Assembly (NCBI RefSeq): GCF_000143415.4
Contig: NW_003314354.1
Coordinates: 677,857 to 741,856, forward strand
DNA from: Selaginella moellendorffii
Taxonomy: Eukaryota > Plantae > Lycopodiophyta
Direction: 5' to 3'
DNA length: 64,000 nucleotides
Position numbers and translations under genes: made by a program. How positions within the stretch are numbered: the stretch's first letter is position 1; every line of letters starts with the position of its first letter. This document shows positions 37,201 to 48,914 of the stretch, in pieces. Under the pieces are notes generated by a model. It worked only from the letters and a program-made list of their open reading frames with translations, was not told the DNA's origin and did not search any database.

Positions 37201-37969
37201 TTTCCCTCCCTTCCTGAAAACAAGGGTACAAAAAAAATGTCAACATCTATGCAACCCATAAAGTTTCTCTTGTTTACATGCTCATCCAAAAGATTTGCCA
37301 AGATCAATCTACATTCTTGCCTCCCACGGGAATCTCCAGTCTGTGATGGAGTTTGTCAAGTTTCCTCCTTCCAAGGAAAACAAGAGTACAATCAAATTAA
37401 AATCTACATGGAAATATACATAGAGATACCTATAGCAGCTCTTTGCAAAGCAAGCTGGGCAGATTGCTGTGATGCACCTTTCTAATTGCGTGCAGTCTGC
37501 AAAAGAATGCCATGAAAGAGAGAGCAAATCCGCAAGTGAAATATTGAAGCACTCCTTGCCTACTGGGAGGCAAATGCTTGACAGCCTAAGAGCATGAGTT
37601 ATAACTATCAATAGTCTTCAATAAACATCCTTTTGCAACCAAAAGAACAAAGAGAGACTGCGAGAGGACAATAGCCTAAAGACAATATGTGATGTCAAGA
37701 GACTCCTAAGTCAAGTGGTTTGTGAATAAAAGTTTGTAGCTGCGCTCTTTTTATGAAATGTCCAAGCGGCGTCATCAAAGGCATCTGCTGCTCCGTCTTT
37801 GATAAGAAATGTTTACCTACTGGACGTGGAAGGCAGGAATGCAGATTGCTCTTGGCAAATCTTTTGACAAGAGAAACTTTATGAGTTTGGAGTGACGCGA
37901 CATCTTTTTTTCATTCTACATTGTTGCATCCATCTAAAAGTTTAACTATAGATGGGCTTCCCTTCATAG

Positions 37970-38920
37970 GGTCAGTGATAGAGATAGTTTTCCCAGACGA
38001 TGACATCTTCCAATCTCCAATCAGCATATATACATCAAGGTACGAACACTCAAGTTCGAGCTTCTCTCGTCCTTCAAATTATAGGTCACGCGACCAGAAA
38101 ACTAATAAAACGTTTCAAGTTATGGTGCTCCATTCGGTCACCTGCTACTCTGTCACGTGGGACCTGGATTGGATGTGTGGCCTTTGATGGTGCTGACATG
38201 GTGGAAAATTTATTCCAATTTAGGGTACAATGCTGCCTGGTTTCCCGTCACGAGAACTAACTGTTCAAGTTCAAGTGGAGCATGAGCCTGACATTCTTCT
38301 AGATGTACGTGATACATTGGACATAGGTTATCATGCCGACACTTTCAATTACATGGCACCTCCATCGCCTGCATCGCCCTTTGAAACTCTTCACAGCTGT
38401 ACACATCCTCGATCCCCAGTTCACGGAAGCGCAGAACCTGGAACTCCTGTCGAAAAGGTAAATTTCATCGTATAACTCGCTAATGAGTGGTTTTGCTACC
38501 TGAGGTAAGGTCAGAAACTTCGAGGAAAAGAACAAAGTGTCAGGGACACAACACCAACATGTAAAGTATTGTACTGTTTGATAATTTTCTACGTCCTTTT
38601 AGCTTGTAGAACAAGCTCTGAAAGAAAGACAAAACTTTTATGCAAGACGGAAGGCTAAAATAGAAAAAACTAAAGAAGACAACAGGAAAGTCCTCCTTTA
38701 TACGAAAAGTCTCCAACTGCTTATACGCTGCAGGAGCAAAGAAAAGGGTCACATTGCTGCTTTTAAAATGTCAAGAAATGACTGGGAAGCTGTTGCATCA
38801 ATTATCGACTTGACTAAACACTTCACAATGAAGGACAACAGGGGAAACATGATCAACATCTATAAGGCTGGCACTAGCAAATCGATAACTTCGAGAACAG
38901 ATTTGGCACGCATGCACCAG
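37970..38920 (+). CDS. Possible spliced gene or pseudogene of unknown function
   Basis: Exon-like segments ending at GT donors (..PVEK|gtaaat near 38457; ..RMHQ|gtaaga at 38920); no recognised domain. Confidence 0.3.
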
Positions 38921-39112
38921 GTAAGATCCAAACAATTTAGTTTCTGGACACATTTTTACTCTACAGGTACTGCTGAAATTAAATCAGAGCTTCACAGAAG
39001 GTAAAAGCTGATAAGAGCTGACAAGCTCACATATTGAATCTGAATAGCTACAGAAAAAATCTTCAAATCCCTTAATCTAGGCATCGCATATTCTAAGAAT
39101 CTGACGGCTGAA

Positions 39113-40800
39113 CTAGCAGGGATCCCAGCTCCGCTGGGAAGTAGATATAGAACTAGAAAGGAATCCAGCTCTGCTTGGATAGATAGGACATCTGTTACAT
39201 TGGTGACATGAATCCTAGAGAATTTCTTTGTACACAATATTTTTCGTATAGACATTATGGTTCTGAGGCACACCTTGTCCTTCACATTGTTCAATAGACA
39301 TTGTACTTTGTTTCTTTGATGTTCCCCTTGAAAGTGCAACATAAAGTTGACTGTGGCCAAAAACTGGTCTTGGCAAGTAGATATCCACATTCTGTAATGT
39401 TTGTCCCTGAGATTTGCAAATTGTTGTGGAGAATGCAAGCCTTATTGGGAATTGTCATCGTTTGAGGATAAATGGCATGTCTCCATCAGTTGGTTTTAAA
39501 GAGATTCTTGGTAGGAGGACTTTTTTTCCTTGCATACCATTATGTAGAATTTCAGCTTCTATAGCATTTGGTAGTACCTTGGTTATAATTAGTTTAGTGC
39601 CATTACAGAGGCCTTTTTTAGAATGTTGAGTAACAACATTGTGTGGAGGCATTCCAGATGGTGTTATTGAATTTAAGAATTCTACAGGATAGTCCAACAT
39701 CTCTTCATCTAAATCTGTTTCTATGATGTTAATGCTTATGTATGTTATTGTTCTGCCAATCATTCTCAAAAGAACTTGGTCATTCACTTGTAGAGAGAGA
39801 TCATTTACTATGTACATACAAAGTAATTTAGGTGTATTATCACACCTTCTTTGACAATAGTTATGGTATTAGGAGTCAGACTTCTATATATTTTGAGTAG
39901 AATATTGTCAAGTATTTCACTCGGTAATTTGTTGCGTTGTTTAAGCAATTTCATTAAATCTATCATTTTCTAGTTTAGTTAGGCACACAAGATAGTTTAG
40001 TTTTCACTTTCTTATACTTTTGTCTAGTCACACAGAGTGGGGATCAACCAACTTTGGTCTAGGTTTATAAGCAAAATGTATCTTCTGAATGGTTAGAGTG
40101 GTTTGTGATAACCGTTTCTAAATTTTTGACTTGTGCGTCTTGTTCAAGTCTCATAGGCTCTTGCAATATACGTAGGAGACTTAAACTTAGGACAAGTCTA
40201 CTCTCAAATCATGTCTGAGTAGTTGTCAAAGTTAAAGGATCTTGGATCAAAGCCTTGAGATAACATAATGTTTTTAATTGTGATTTTGCCTCCATCAAAG
40301 TTTTGTAAGATTTAGATGAATAATTCTCTAATTTGTTCTTCACTAAGACTGGCTTTAGCCCAATTTTCCTGCTTATGTATACCTAGAAAAATTATAACAC
40401 GCTATTGAAGAAAGTGTTTTCTAAAAGCCTAAGTGAGAACTTGATCAGAAGGAAAGAATTGTAAAGTAATTAATTCTGTTTTCCACATCAAATAAACTCT
40501 ATTCCTTCTTCTTTTGGATTTTTCTCAAGAAATTGCTGGCTAAATTATTTAAACTTGAGTTTCTTGGCAACATATGCGGAACTAGACAACTTAGGTAGCT
40601 TTTCAAAGGAAAATAAAGCTTACTGCAACAGTGCCAACTCAAGCCATGTCTTTCCAAGCTCTCGTTTATGCCAATTTCAAATTCATTCCATGCTCAGTGG
40701 CTTAGGTGACAGTTGAAAAACTATCTTTCTTGCGTTGTTTGAGCATTAAGCCACTACAATCACAAAAAGAACTCCTTCATTTAGTGTTGTCTGGGTTCAG
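39113..40800 (-). mobile_element. Helitron 3' part with decayed helicase and two tandem 3' termini
   Basis: DYPVEFLNSITPSGMPPH, GLCNGTKL, VLLPRISLKP..MPFILKR; minus-strand hairpin+CTAG ends at 39153-39180 and 39113-39139; extent beyond 39820 approximate. Confidence 0.85.
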
Positions 40801-42987
40801 GGTTTTGTAAGCGACTAATTTTTCCATTTTACTTTAGTCACTTAACCGCACCTCCAACCACTTGGAGGAGTCTCACTCACAACCTCCGTAAGTCTGTAAA
40901 CAACTAAATTTTCCATTCTACTTTAGTCACTTAACCACACCTCTGACCACTTGGAGGAGTCTCATTCACAACCTCTATAAGTCCAATCAAGGACTTGGGA
41001 CTTGCTAGCCCCGAGAATGGCATCCATGCCACTTAACATTTGCACTTGGTCCAAGTGCTCCACGTGTCCGATCCCATGACCGACACTCAAAGGTACCACC
41101 GACATAGTGTGAGACACAAAAATCCCTAGGCCCCAAAGTGGAGCCGGAAGGGCGCCACATGGTAGTGGCCAAAGCGAGAGCCAAACGAGCGTAACACGTT
41201 TGGACCAAAAGCTCCGACTTGAAAAGTCAAGAGCGGGAGTGGAACTCCCAACGAAGTGCTCGAGGAACGAGCACGAAGCGAGCAAAAGGCGAGGCTCCAG
41301 AAAGGGACCCAAAAGGACCAACACATGACACGTGGGAGTGTCCGAGATGGACTCAAGTTGGAGTCCGAAGTGGAGTCCGAGATGGACCCGAGTTGGAGTC
41401 CGAAGTGGAGTCCGAGATGGACCCGAGTTGGAGTCCGAAGTGGAGTCCGAGATGGACCCGAGTTGGAGTCCGAAGTGGAGTCCGAGATGGACCCGAGATG
41501 GAGTCCGAGATGGAGTCCGAAGTGGAGTCCGAGGTGGACCCGAGATGGACCCGAGTTGGAGTCTGAAGTGGAGTCCGAGATGGACCCGAGATGGAGTCCG
41601 AGATGGAGTCCGAGATGGAGTCCGAGGTGGACCCGAGATGGACCCGAAATGGAGTCCGAGATGGAGTCCGAGATGGACCCGAGATGGAGTCCGAGATGGA
41701 CCCGAGATGGACCCGAGATGGAGTCCGAGATGGAGTCCGAGATGGAGTCCGAGATGGACCCGAGATGGACCCGAGATGGAGTTCGAGATGGAGTCCGAGA
41801 TGGAGTCCGAGATTGAGTCCGAGATGGAGTCCGAAGTCGAGACCGAGACCGGGACCGAGACCGAGACCGAGACCAAGACCGAGATCGGGACCGAGACCGA
41901 GACCGAGGCCGAGCCCGAGTCCAAGTCCGAATCCGAGTCCGAGTCCGAGTCCGAGTCCGAGTCCGAGTCCGAGTCCGAGTCCGGAGCCTGAGAGGGTGAA
42001 AGCCCAAAGCGTTCGTCTCCCAGACCCTGGGGGGTTTGGTGAGCTCCAAAAGTATAGTAGGGGGAGGACTGCAGTGGAGCCAGTTTGGCCAGGAAAGGCC
42101 AGTTTGGCCCAGGAAGGCCGGACCCAGTGTTGGGTGATGAGCTGCCCATTGGGAAGTCCAAGACTAGAGTGAACACAGACCGACAAGTGGGGTAGCTTGG
42201 TGAAGTGTTCAAGAGCCGGCTCTAGTTCCCCCGGGAGATCGACTGGCCGATGCTCCCAGTCCAAGTGTGGGTGGCACTACCTACTTGGACACCTGTTGTG
42301 GCTCAACGGAACCTCGCTCTAAGCCCATGGCTAGAGCACCTAAAGGCGAAAGGCGAGGAGAGTACCCAGGTGGCTCGCGTAAGGCCACGGTGTTCCGAAA
42401 TGTTGTCCCGAAGGCCCAGACTGTGGAAAGGAAGAGGAACAGTCCTCTGGGGTAGTGACCAAGGACACAGTCGTGTGGTGAGGAAGTCCCCGAGGACCGT
42501 GGGACTTAGTGGTCGGGCCTGTGGGTCTCGATCCAGTGGCAGTGTTGGCAAACACGGCCAGGGGCAGAAAGGGACTTAGTGGGAACTGACAGAGGGATAT
42601 TGGGGAAGGCTATTCCCCCTGTCGGTGGGCATCCTAAGGATGCTAAGGAGTGGATCTGAGATGACCACTCACGGATGGTTTGCCTAGTCTTGGAGAGCCA
42701 AGACGGTGATGCAAGTGGTATTGGACTACCAGTGTGGCAAAGGTGATTGGGCATGGCCTTAGCGTAACGGGCTGCTATGTCGGTGGTACCTTTGAGTGTC
42801 GGTCATGGGATCGGACACGTGGAGCACTTGGACCAAGTGCAACTGTTAAGTGGCATGGATGCCATTCTCGGGGCTACCAAGTCCCAAGTCCTGGATTGGA
42901 CTTAGGGAGGTTGTGAATGAGACTCCTCCAAGTGGTCAGAGGTGTGGTTAAGTGACTAAAGTAGAATGGAAAATTTAGTCGCTTACA

Positions 42988-45900
42988 ACTTGGTATCGGA
43001 GCTGTTCCTTAGTCCGACTTTTATTGGTGCTCAAGTATATCACCACTGGTGTTGGCAACGGAAGGTCCGAGAAGTGGGCCTATCCTTGAGGAGTAGCAGG
43101 TCGGGAAGATATGGCTCTCCATTACAATTCATGTGTGAACTTGTAGACAAGGTGGTGGATAGAAAAGGGCCAATAATGGAACGACTTTGGGATCTTGGGA
43201 ACAGTATATGGTTTTCCTCAAAGAGTTGAGGATGTGATCCAGATGAGCGTTTGACTTAGCAAACTGGCTAATGTAGTTGTGGCAAACAACTACAGTTGGG
43301 ATCACGGGAAAGATAAAGACTCCAAAGCAATAAAGGAGTCACAAGATTTTCCTCATATAGTTGAGGTTGGTGCTCATGAATGTGAAACCAGAAGTAATGA
43401 CCGTGGGAGGTCAAATACGGAAGAGGACTCAAGTCCTTGAAAAGGTAGCCAGGGCTACCTCTAATAAATGCTGGAACAACCCAAGGAGTTGGGGGTGTAT
43501 TAAGTGGATGAGTTGGTGTTCTCATCACATGGACAAGTAGTCCCAAGGGGCAAAGGTTGCCCCCAGAGAACAAAATCAAGTGTCGGAGTAACACTTGTGA
43601 AAATAGTCCTTTTGAGTAGGACAGGAATGCAAGAAGTGTATTCCAGTGAGCTAGTGCCTCACAAGTAGGACCTTACGGGTCTGTGGATTAACCAAGTCCA
43701 AAACTGCTGATGACTCAAGTAGAGTCAAGGGATGGTCCTAAAAGGACTGATGGAAGCATTTGGACTGAGGTGTGTTGTACCCCACAAAGGATGGGGGGGA
43801 GATCATAGGATCCAAAGATGAGAACAGAGGGTATCTCATCGATGGCAAAATGTGTCATGCTAAAGTTATGGGAAAGGTGTTCCCAGAAGAAAACAACTTT
43901 GACATAAAGTTGTGTGTGACCTCTATGGTGCAGTGCTAACGGATGGTTGGCATGAGAAAGAGCGGTGTTGGTCTTGGCAAAGACTTAGACACGAAGGGGA
44001 AATGTCACAGAGGTAGGCTCGTGGAGCCGATGGTGTGGAAACACCAAATGTGCCAAGGTGTGATACCTTGAGGCTATGTTGGTGGGTTCATGAGAACCCC
44101 TTGCCAAAGGAATCCCAATGGAAATGGGAATAGCATAGCCTAAGCTGCAGAGCATGCAGTTGGAGTGTGGTGACCCAGATAATGATGGAGGTGTGAAAGC
44201 ACCAAGCAATGAGTTGTAAGACTTGACAACTATGAGGCAACTAAGCAAGAGGTGCAAAATAACTGGTTAAACGGGTAGAAGGTAGCTACCCAAGACTTCT
44301 TAATAGCATAGGGAAGTTGGATATACCCTTACGGGGGATAAGTTGCTTGTGTTGCGATATAGTAAGTCAATGTCATAAAAGGAAATACTCATTGTCAAGA
44401 AAGCCATCATTGGGACACCCGAACACTCTAGAACACCAGAAGGTGGTGTTTGATGTCGCGAGGGCAATGGATAAAGCCCAAGGGACAAAGTCCCTAGCGA
44501 ATGATGGATAGAAGGTGCTATCCAAATGTCCAAGGTTGCGGAGACAGGAGAGGACTGTCTACCCGAGTTGGATAAAGCCAAAAATGGAATTTTGGCAAAG
44601 CTAGTGATGGGCATGTAAAGGCCCATAAGCAACAATGTAATCCCAGTGTGTGGGATTATAAGGTGAGCATACCCGGATTGAGGAACCACTCCCTAGGCTA
44701 TTGGGTAGGTTCATCCCTAAAAATACTTGCTAAGGCATGATAGAAAGTGCAAAGCTATCCTCCTGGTCTGGAGGAGAATAACCAAAGGAAACATATGGGG
44801 CCAAAAGGCAAGTAGTATTGGGATGGAACTGAACCATAGAAATCGAAGGGCATAACCAAGGTTGGTTATGCCAGCTGGGAGTGGAGAATCAAGTGGGGGC
44901 TCGAGGGTGTTGCCGCTAGCAACCGTGATGCCATGGAGAGTCTAAAATATGGAATTGTCCATGTTAGACTATGTGGCAATTGGAAAGCTTGCAAAAAGGG
45001 AGGCCTTAGCAAGCTAAGGGACAGAGTTCCTTCAAAGTTCCTAAAGACGATTCTAGGTAGCTTAGTACCTAGAAAGGCCAAGTGTAAATGGTTCATAGAA
45101 CGCGCGAAATCAGAGTGGCGCAGCAGAAGCGTGGTCTTGAAGCTTGCCATGAGGCAAGGCTATCAAGGTTAGGGAAGTAGTTCCCGAGTGTTCAAAGAGA
45201 GGGCTTTGAACGAAAGTCGATGGTCGGAGGACTTGCCAAGCGAGATTGGCACGTCAGGGGAACAAATACCCTAGTTGAAGGTGATAACTTCAAAAAGGGT
45301 GGGCCATGGGGCCGAGCATGGAGGAGTCCATGCATGATCACAGACATGTCAAGTGAGAGGACTTGGCAGTGTGGAGGAACTAGGTTCCTAAGCTGTGATC
45401 TGTAGCGCACTTTAAAAATAAGTTGGTGCACCGGCGTGGGGAGTCACGCCAGGCATCTTGTGTGATGCCGTCCGTAGATGCATATACGGAGGTTGGGTTC
45501 GAGTCCCGACCCTCTAGTGCTTGGGTTCGAGTCCCAAATCACTAGGGCGTGGTGATGGTTTGGAATATGAGGACACTCATATTTCGGTGGTCATGGACTC
45601 TCAGTGGGGAGACTGGTTTGGGCACACCGCCAAGCGAGGGATGCCTCGGAGTCGTGATGCACGGTTAGATTGCTTAGTGTGAAAGCTCGGCATATCTAAC
45701 TTGAACGCTTTGGTGCAAGTGGCACCAAGGTCGTGGTGAGTGAGATGGGGACACCTAATCTCAGTTGCTATGGACCCTTGGCCGGAAGGGCTGGCTTGGG
45801 CGCACCGCCAAGTGTGGGGGATGCCCCCGGGGTCGTAGTTAACAAATTAAAGGTCTGGAAGACCTAGTACCTATTGGCAAACCTGTTAAGGTGCCGAGGT

Positions 45901-47057
45901 GAGATCACTAGGTGATCTTGTGGCTAAATAAGGACAAGGTCCTTGTTTGGGTTAAGGAATAAGGTTCCTAGTTCAAAGTGTTGATTTGAACTATTGATGA
46001 TGGTGTGGCTTGGTCAAGGTGACCAAGTGGGAAAAGCACCCTAGGGAAATGAGCTATGTCATTGCGATGGCATACTGTGTCCAAGGAAAGTAGTCTCTAA
46101 AGAGACCCATGGGAGGGTCACAAAGTTGGGCCGTGGATAGAGCCCACAGCAGAAGATGCTAAAGAGACTTATTAGGGGTGAACACCCTAGTCTTGGCAAA
46201 GCAGAGCCTTTGCTATGGAATCACAAGAATACCTCAAGGAGGGAGGTAGAGATTCGATGTTGCTTGGTGCAACAATCAACGGATAGGAGCAAAAGATGAG
46301 TGGCCAAGATAGGGCCGTGGAATCCCTTGGAAGGAATTCAAGTGACAAAGTTAGGTGAGGAACACTAATGTGTTGGACGCTAACAAATTCCGGAAAAGGA
46401 AGTGTGTTTCCAAGGATGAATTCCGAATTGCTCTGATTTGGCGAAAGTGGAAGCTCCAAGGGAGGGAGCGGTAAGGTAGCCAAATGATAGGGCCATGGAC
46501 AGCCTTAGCACAAAGTATGATAAATGGAACTTAGTGCCCAAGGTGGTACGAAATAGAAGAGAGGATGATGGTGCCCTCAAGTAATGAGCTTCTTAGGATG
46601 GGGAAGTGGAGTTGCACAATCTGTGCAATGCAAGGTGTTGGAGACACCTAGGAAATTGACTTCCAAAAGTCAAAAGAGTAAAAGTTCCAAGGTGCAAACG
46701 TTCAATAGATGGAAATTGAGACTACTCGAGAAGGAGTAGCGGGATTGACTTAGAGAAGGGTCTCTAAGAAGTTTAGCGAGAACTAAACCAATAAAAGGAG
46801 AGAACCACTATATGTGGTTCAATCAGTCTCTAAGTTGAAGAGACTACCCTCCTTAGAGGATATGCAAAAGGCATGGTGAGCCTTCAATGTCCAACCATTG
46901 ACGAATATGGAGAAGGCATGGTGAGCCTTCAATGTCACACCATTGACAAATATTGGCTACGCGCCAAGGATGGAAATGGTAACACATGCGGGTGTTACTT
47001 TATAAAATGGTTCACCGTTCGATGAGGACATCGAACTTCGTCTATGGGTGGTGGAGT
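42988..47057 (+). ncRNA. Internal domain copy 1: candidate highly structured non-coding RNA (hairpin chain)
   Basis: No ORF over about 130 aa; dozens of adjacent short inverted repeats with + strand G-U pairs; transcription not shown. Confidence 0.6.
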
Positions 47058-48914
47058 TGTGAGACACAAAAATCCCTAGGCCCCAAAGTGGAGCCGGAAG
47101 GGCGCCACATGGTAGTGGCCAAAGCGAGAGCCAAACGAGCGTAACACGTTTGGACCAAAAGCTCCGACTTGAAAAGTCAAGAGCGGGAGTGGAACTCCCA
47201 ACGAAGTGCTCGAGGAACGAGCACGAAGCGAGCAAAAGGCGAGGCTCCAGAAAGGGACCCAAAAGGACCAACACATGACACGTGGGAGTGTCCGAGATGG
47301 ACTCAAGTTGGAGTCCGAAGTGGAGTCCGAGATGGACCCGAGTTGGAGTCCGAAGTGGAGTCCGAGATGGACCCGAGTTGGAGTCCGAAGTGGAGTCCGA
47401 GATGGACCCGAGTTGGAGTCCGAAGTGGAGTCCGAGATGGACCCGAGATGGAGTCCGAGATGGAGTCCGAAGTGGAGTCCGAGGTGGACCCGAGATGGAC
47501 CCGAGTTGGAGTCCGAAGTGGAGTCCGAGATGGACCCGAGATGGAGTCCGAGATGGAGTCCGAGATGGAGTCCGAGGTGGACCCGAGATGGACCCGAAAT
47601 GGAGTCCGAGATGGAGTCCGAGATGGACCCGAGATGGACCCGAGATGGAGTCCGAGATGGAGTCCGAGATGGAGTCCGAGATGGACCCGAGATGGACCCG
47701 AGATGGAGTTCGAGATGGAGTCCGAGATGGAGTCCGAGATTGAGTCCGAGATGGAGTCCGAAGTCGAGACCGAGACCGGGACCGAGACCGAGACCGAGAC
47801 CAAGACCGAGATCGGGACCGAGACCGAGACCGAGGCCGAGCCCGAGTCCAAGTCCGAATCCGAGTCCGAGTCCGAGTCCGAGTCCGAGTCCGAGTCCGAG
47901 TCCGAGTCCGGAGCCTGAGAGGGTGAAAGCCCAAAGCGTTCGTCTCCCAGACCCTGGGGGGTTTGGTGAGCTCCAAAAGTATAGTAGGGGGAGGACTGCA
48001 GTGGAGCCAGTTTGGCCAGGAAAGGCCAGTTTGGCCCAGGAAGGCCGGACCCAGTGTTGGGTGATGAGCTGCCCATTGGGAAGTCCAAGACTAGAGTGAA
48101 CACAGACCGACAAGTGGGGTAGCTTGGTGAAGTGTTCAAGAGCCGGCTCTAGTTCCCCCGGGAGATCGACTGGCCGATGCTCCCAGTCCAAGTGTGGGTG
48201 GCACTACCTACTTGGACACCTGTCGTGGCTCAACGGAACCTCGCTCTAAGCCCATGGCTAGAGCACCTAAAGGCGAAAGGCGAGGAGAGTACCCAGGTGG
48301 CTCGCGTAAGGCCACGGTGTTCCAAAATGTTGTCCCGAAGGCCCAGACTGTGGAAAGGAAGAGGAACAGTCCTCTGGGGTAGTGACCAAGGACACAGTCG
48401 TGTGGTGAGGAAGTCCCCGAGGACCGTGGGACTTAGTGGTCGGGCCTGTGGGTCTCGATCCAGTGGCAGTGTTGGCAAACACGGCCAGGGGCAGAAAGGG
48501 ACTTAGTGGGAACTGACAGAGGGATATTGGGGAAGGCTATTCCCCCTGTCGGTGGGCATCCTAAGGATGCTAAGGAGTGGATCTGAGATGACCACTCACG
48601 GATGGTTTGCCTAGTCTTGGAGAGCCAAGACGGTGATGCAAGTGGTATTGGACTACCAGTGTGGCAAAGGTGATTGGGCATGGCCTTAGCGTAACGGGCT
48701 GCTATGTCGGTGGTACCTTTGAGTGTCGGTCATGGGATCGGACACGTGGAGCACTTGGACCAAGTGCAACTGTTAAGTGGCATGGATGCCATTCTCGGGG
48801 CTACCAAGTCCCAAGTCCTGGATTGGACTTAGGGAGGTTGTGAATGAGACTCCTCCAAGTGGTCAGAGGTGTGGTTAAGTGACTAAAGTAGAATGGAAAA
48901 TTTAGTCGCTTACA

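Noticed and set aside
43707-43730. Hammerhead ribozyme core (CTGATGA), as in retrozymes
   Set aside because: The stem is not followed by GAAA; it is simply another hairpin (TGACTC/GAGTCA).
45433-45545. tRNA gene or SINE
   Set aside because: T-arm/B-box present twice, but no canonical D-arm/A-box, acceptor stem or anticodon geometry was found.
42966-46580. Short ORFs in the LARD internal domain
   Set aside because: All are about 130 aa or less with no gag/pol/env motifs; they recur only because the unit is duplicated.
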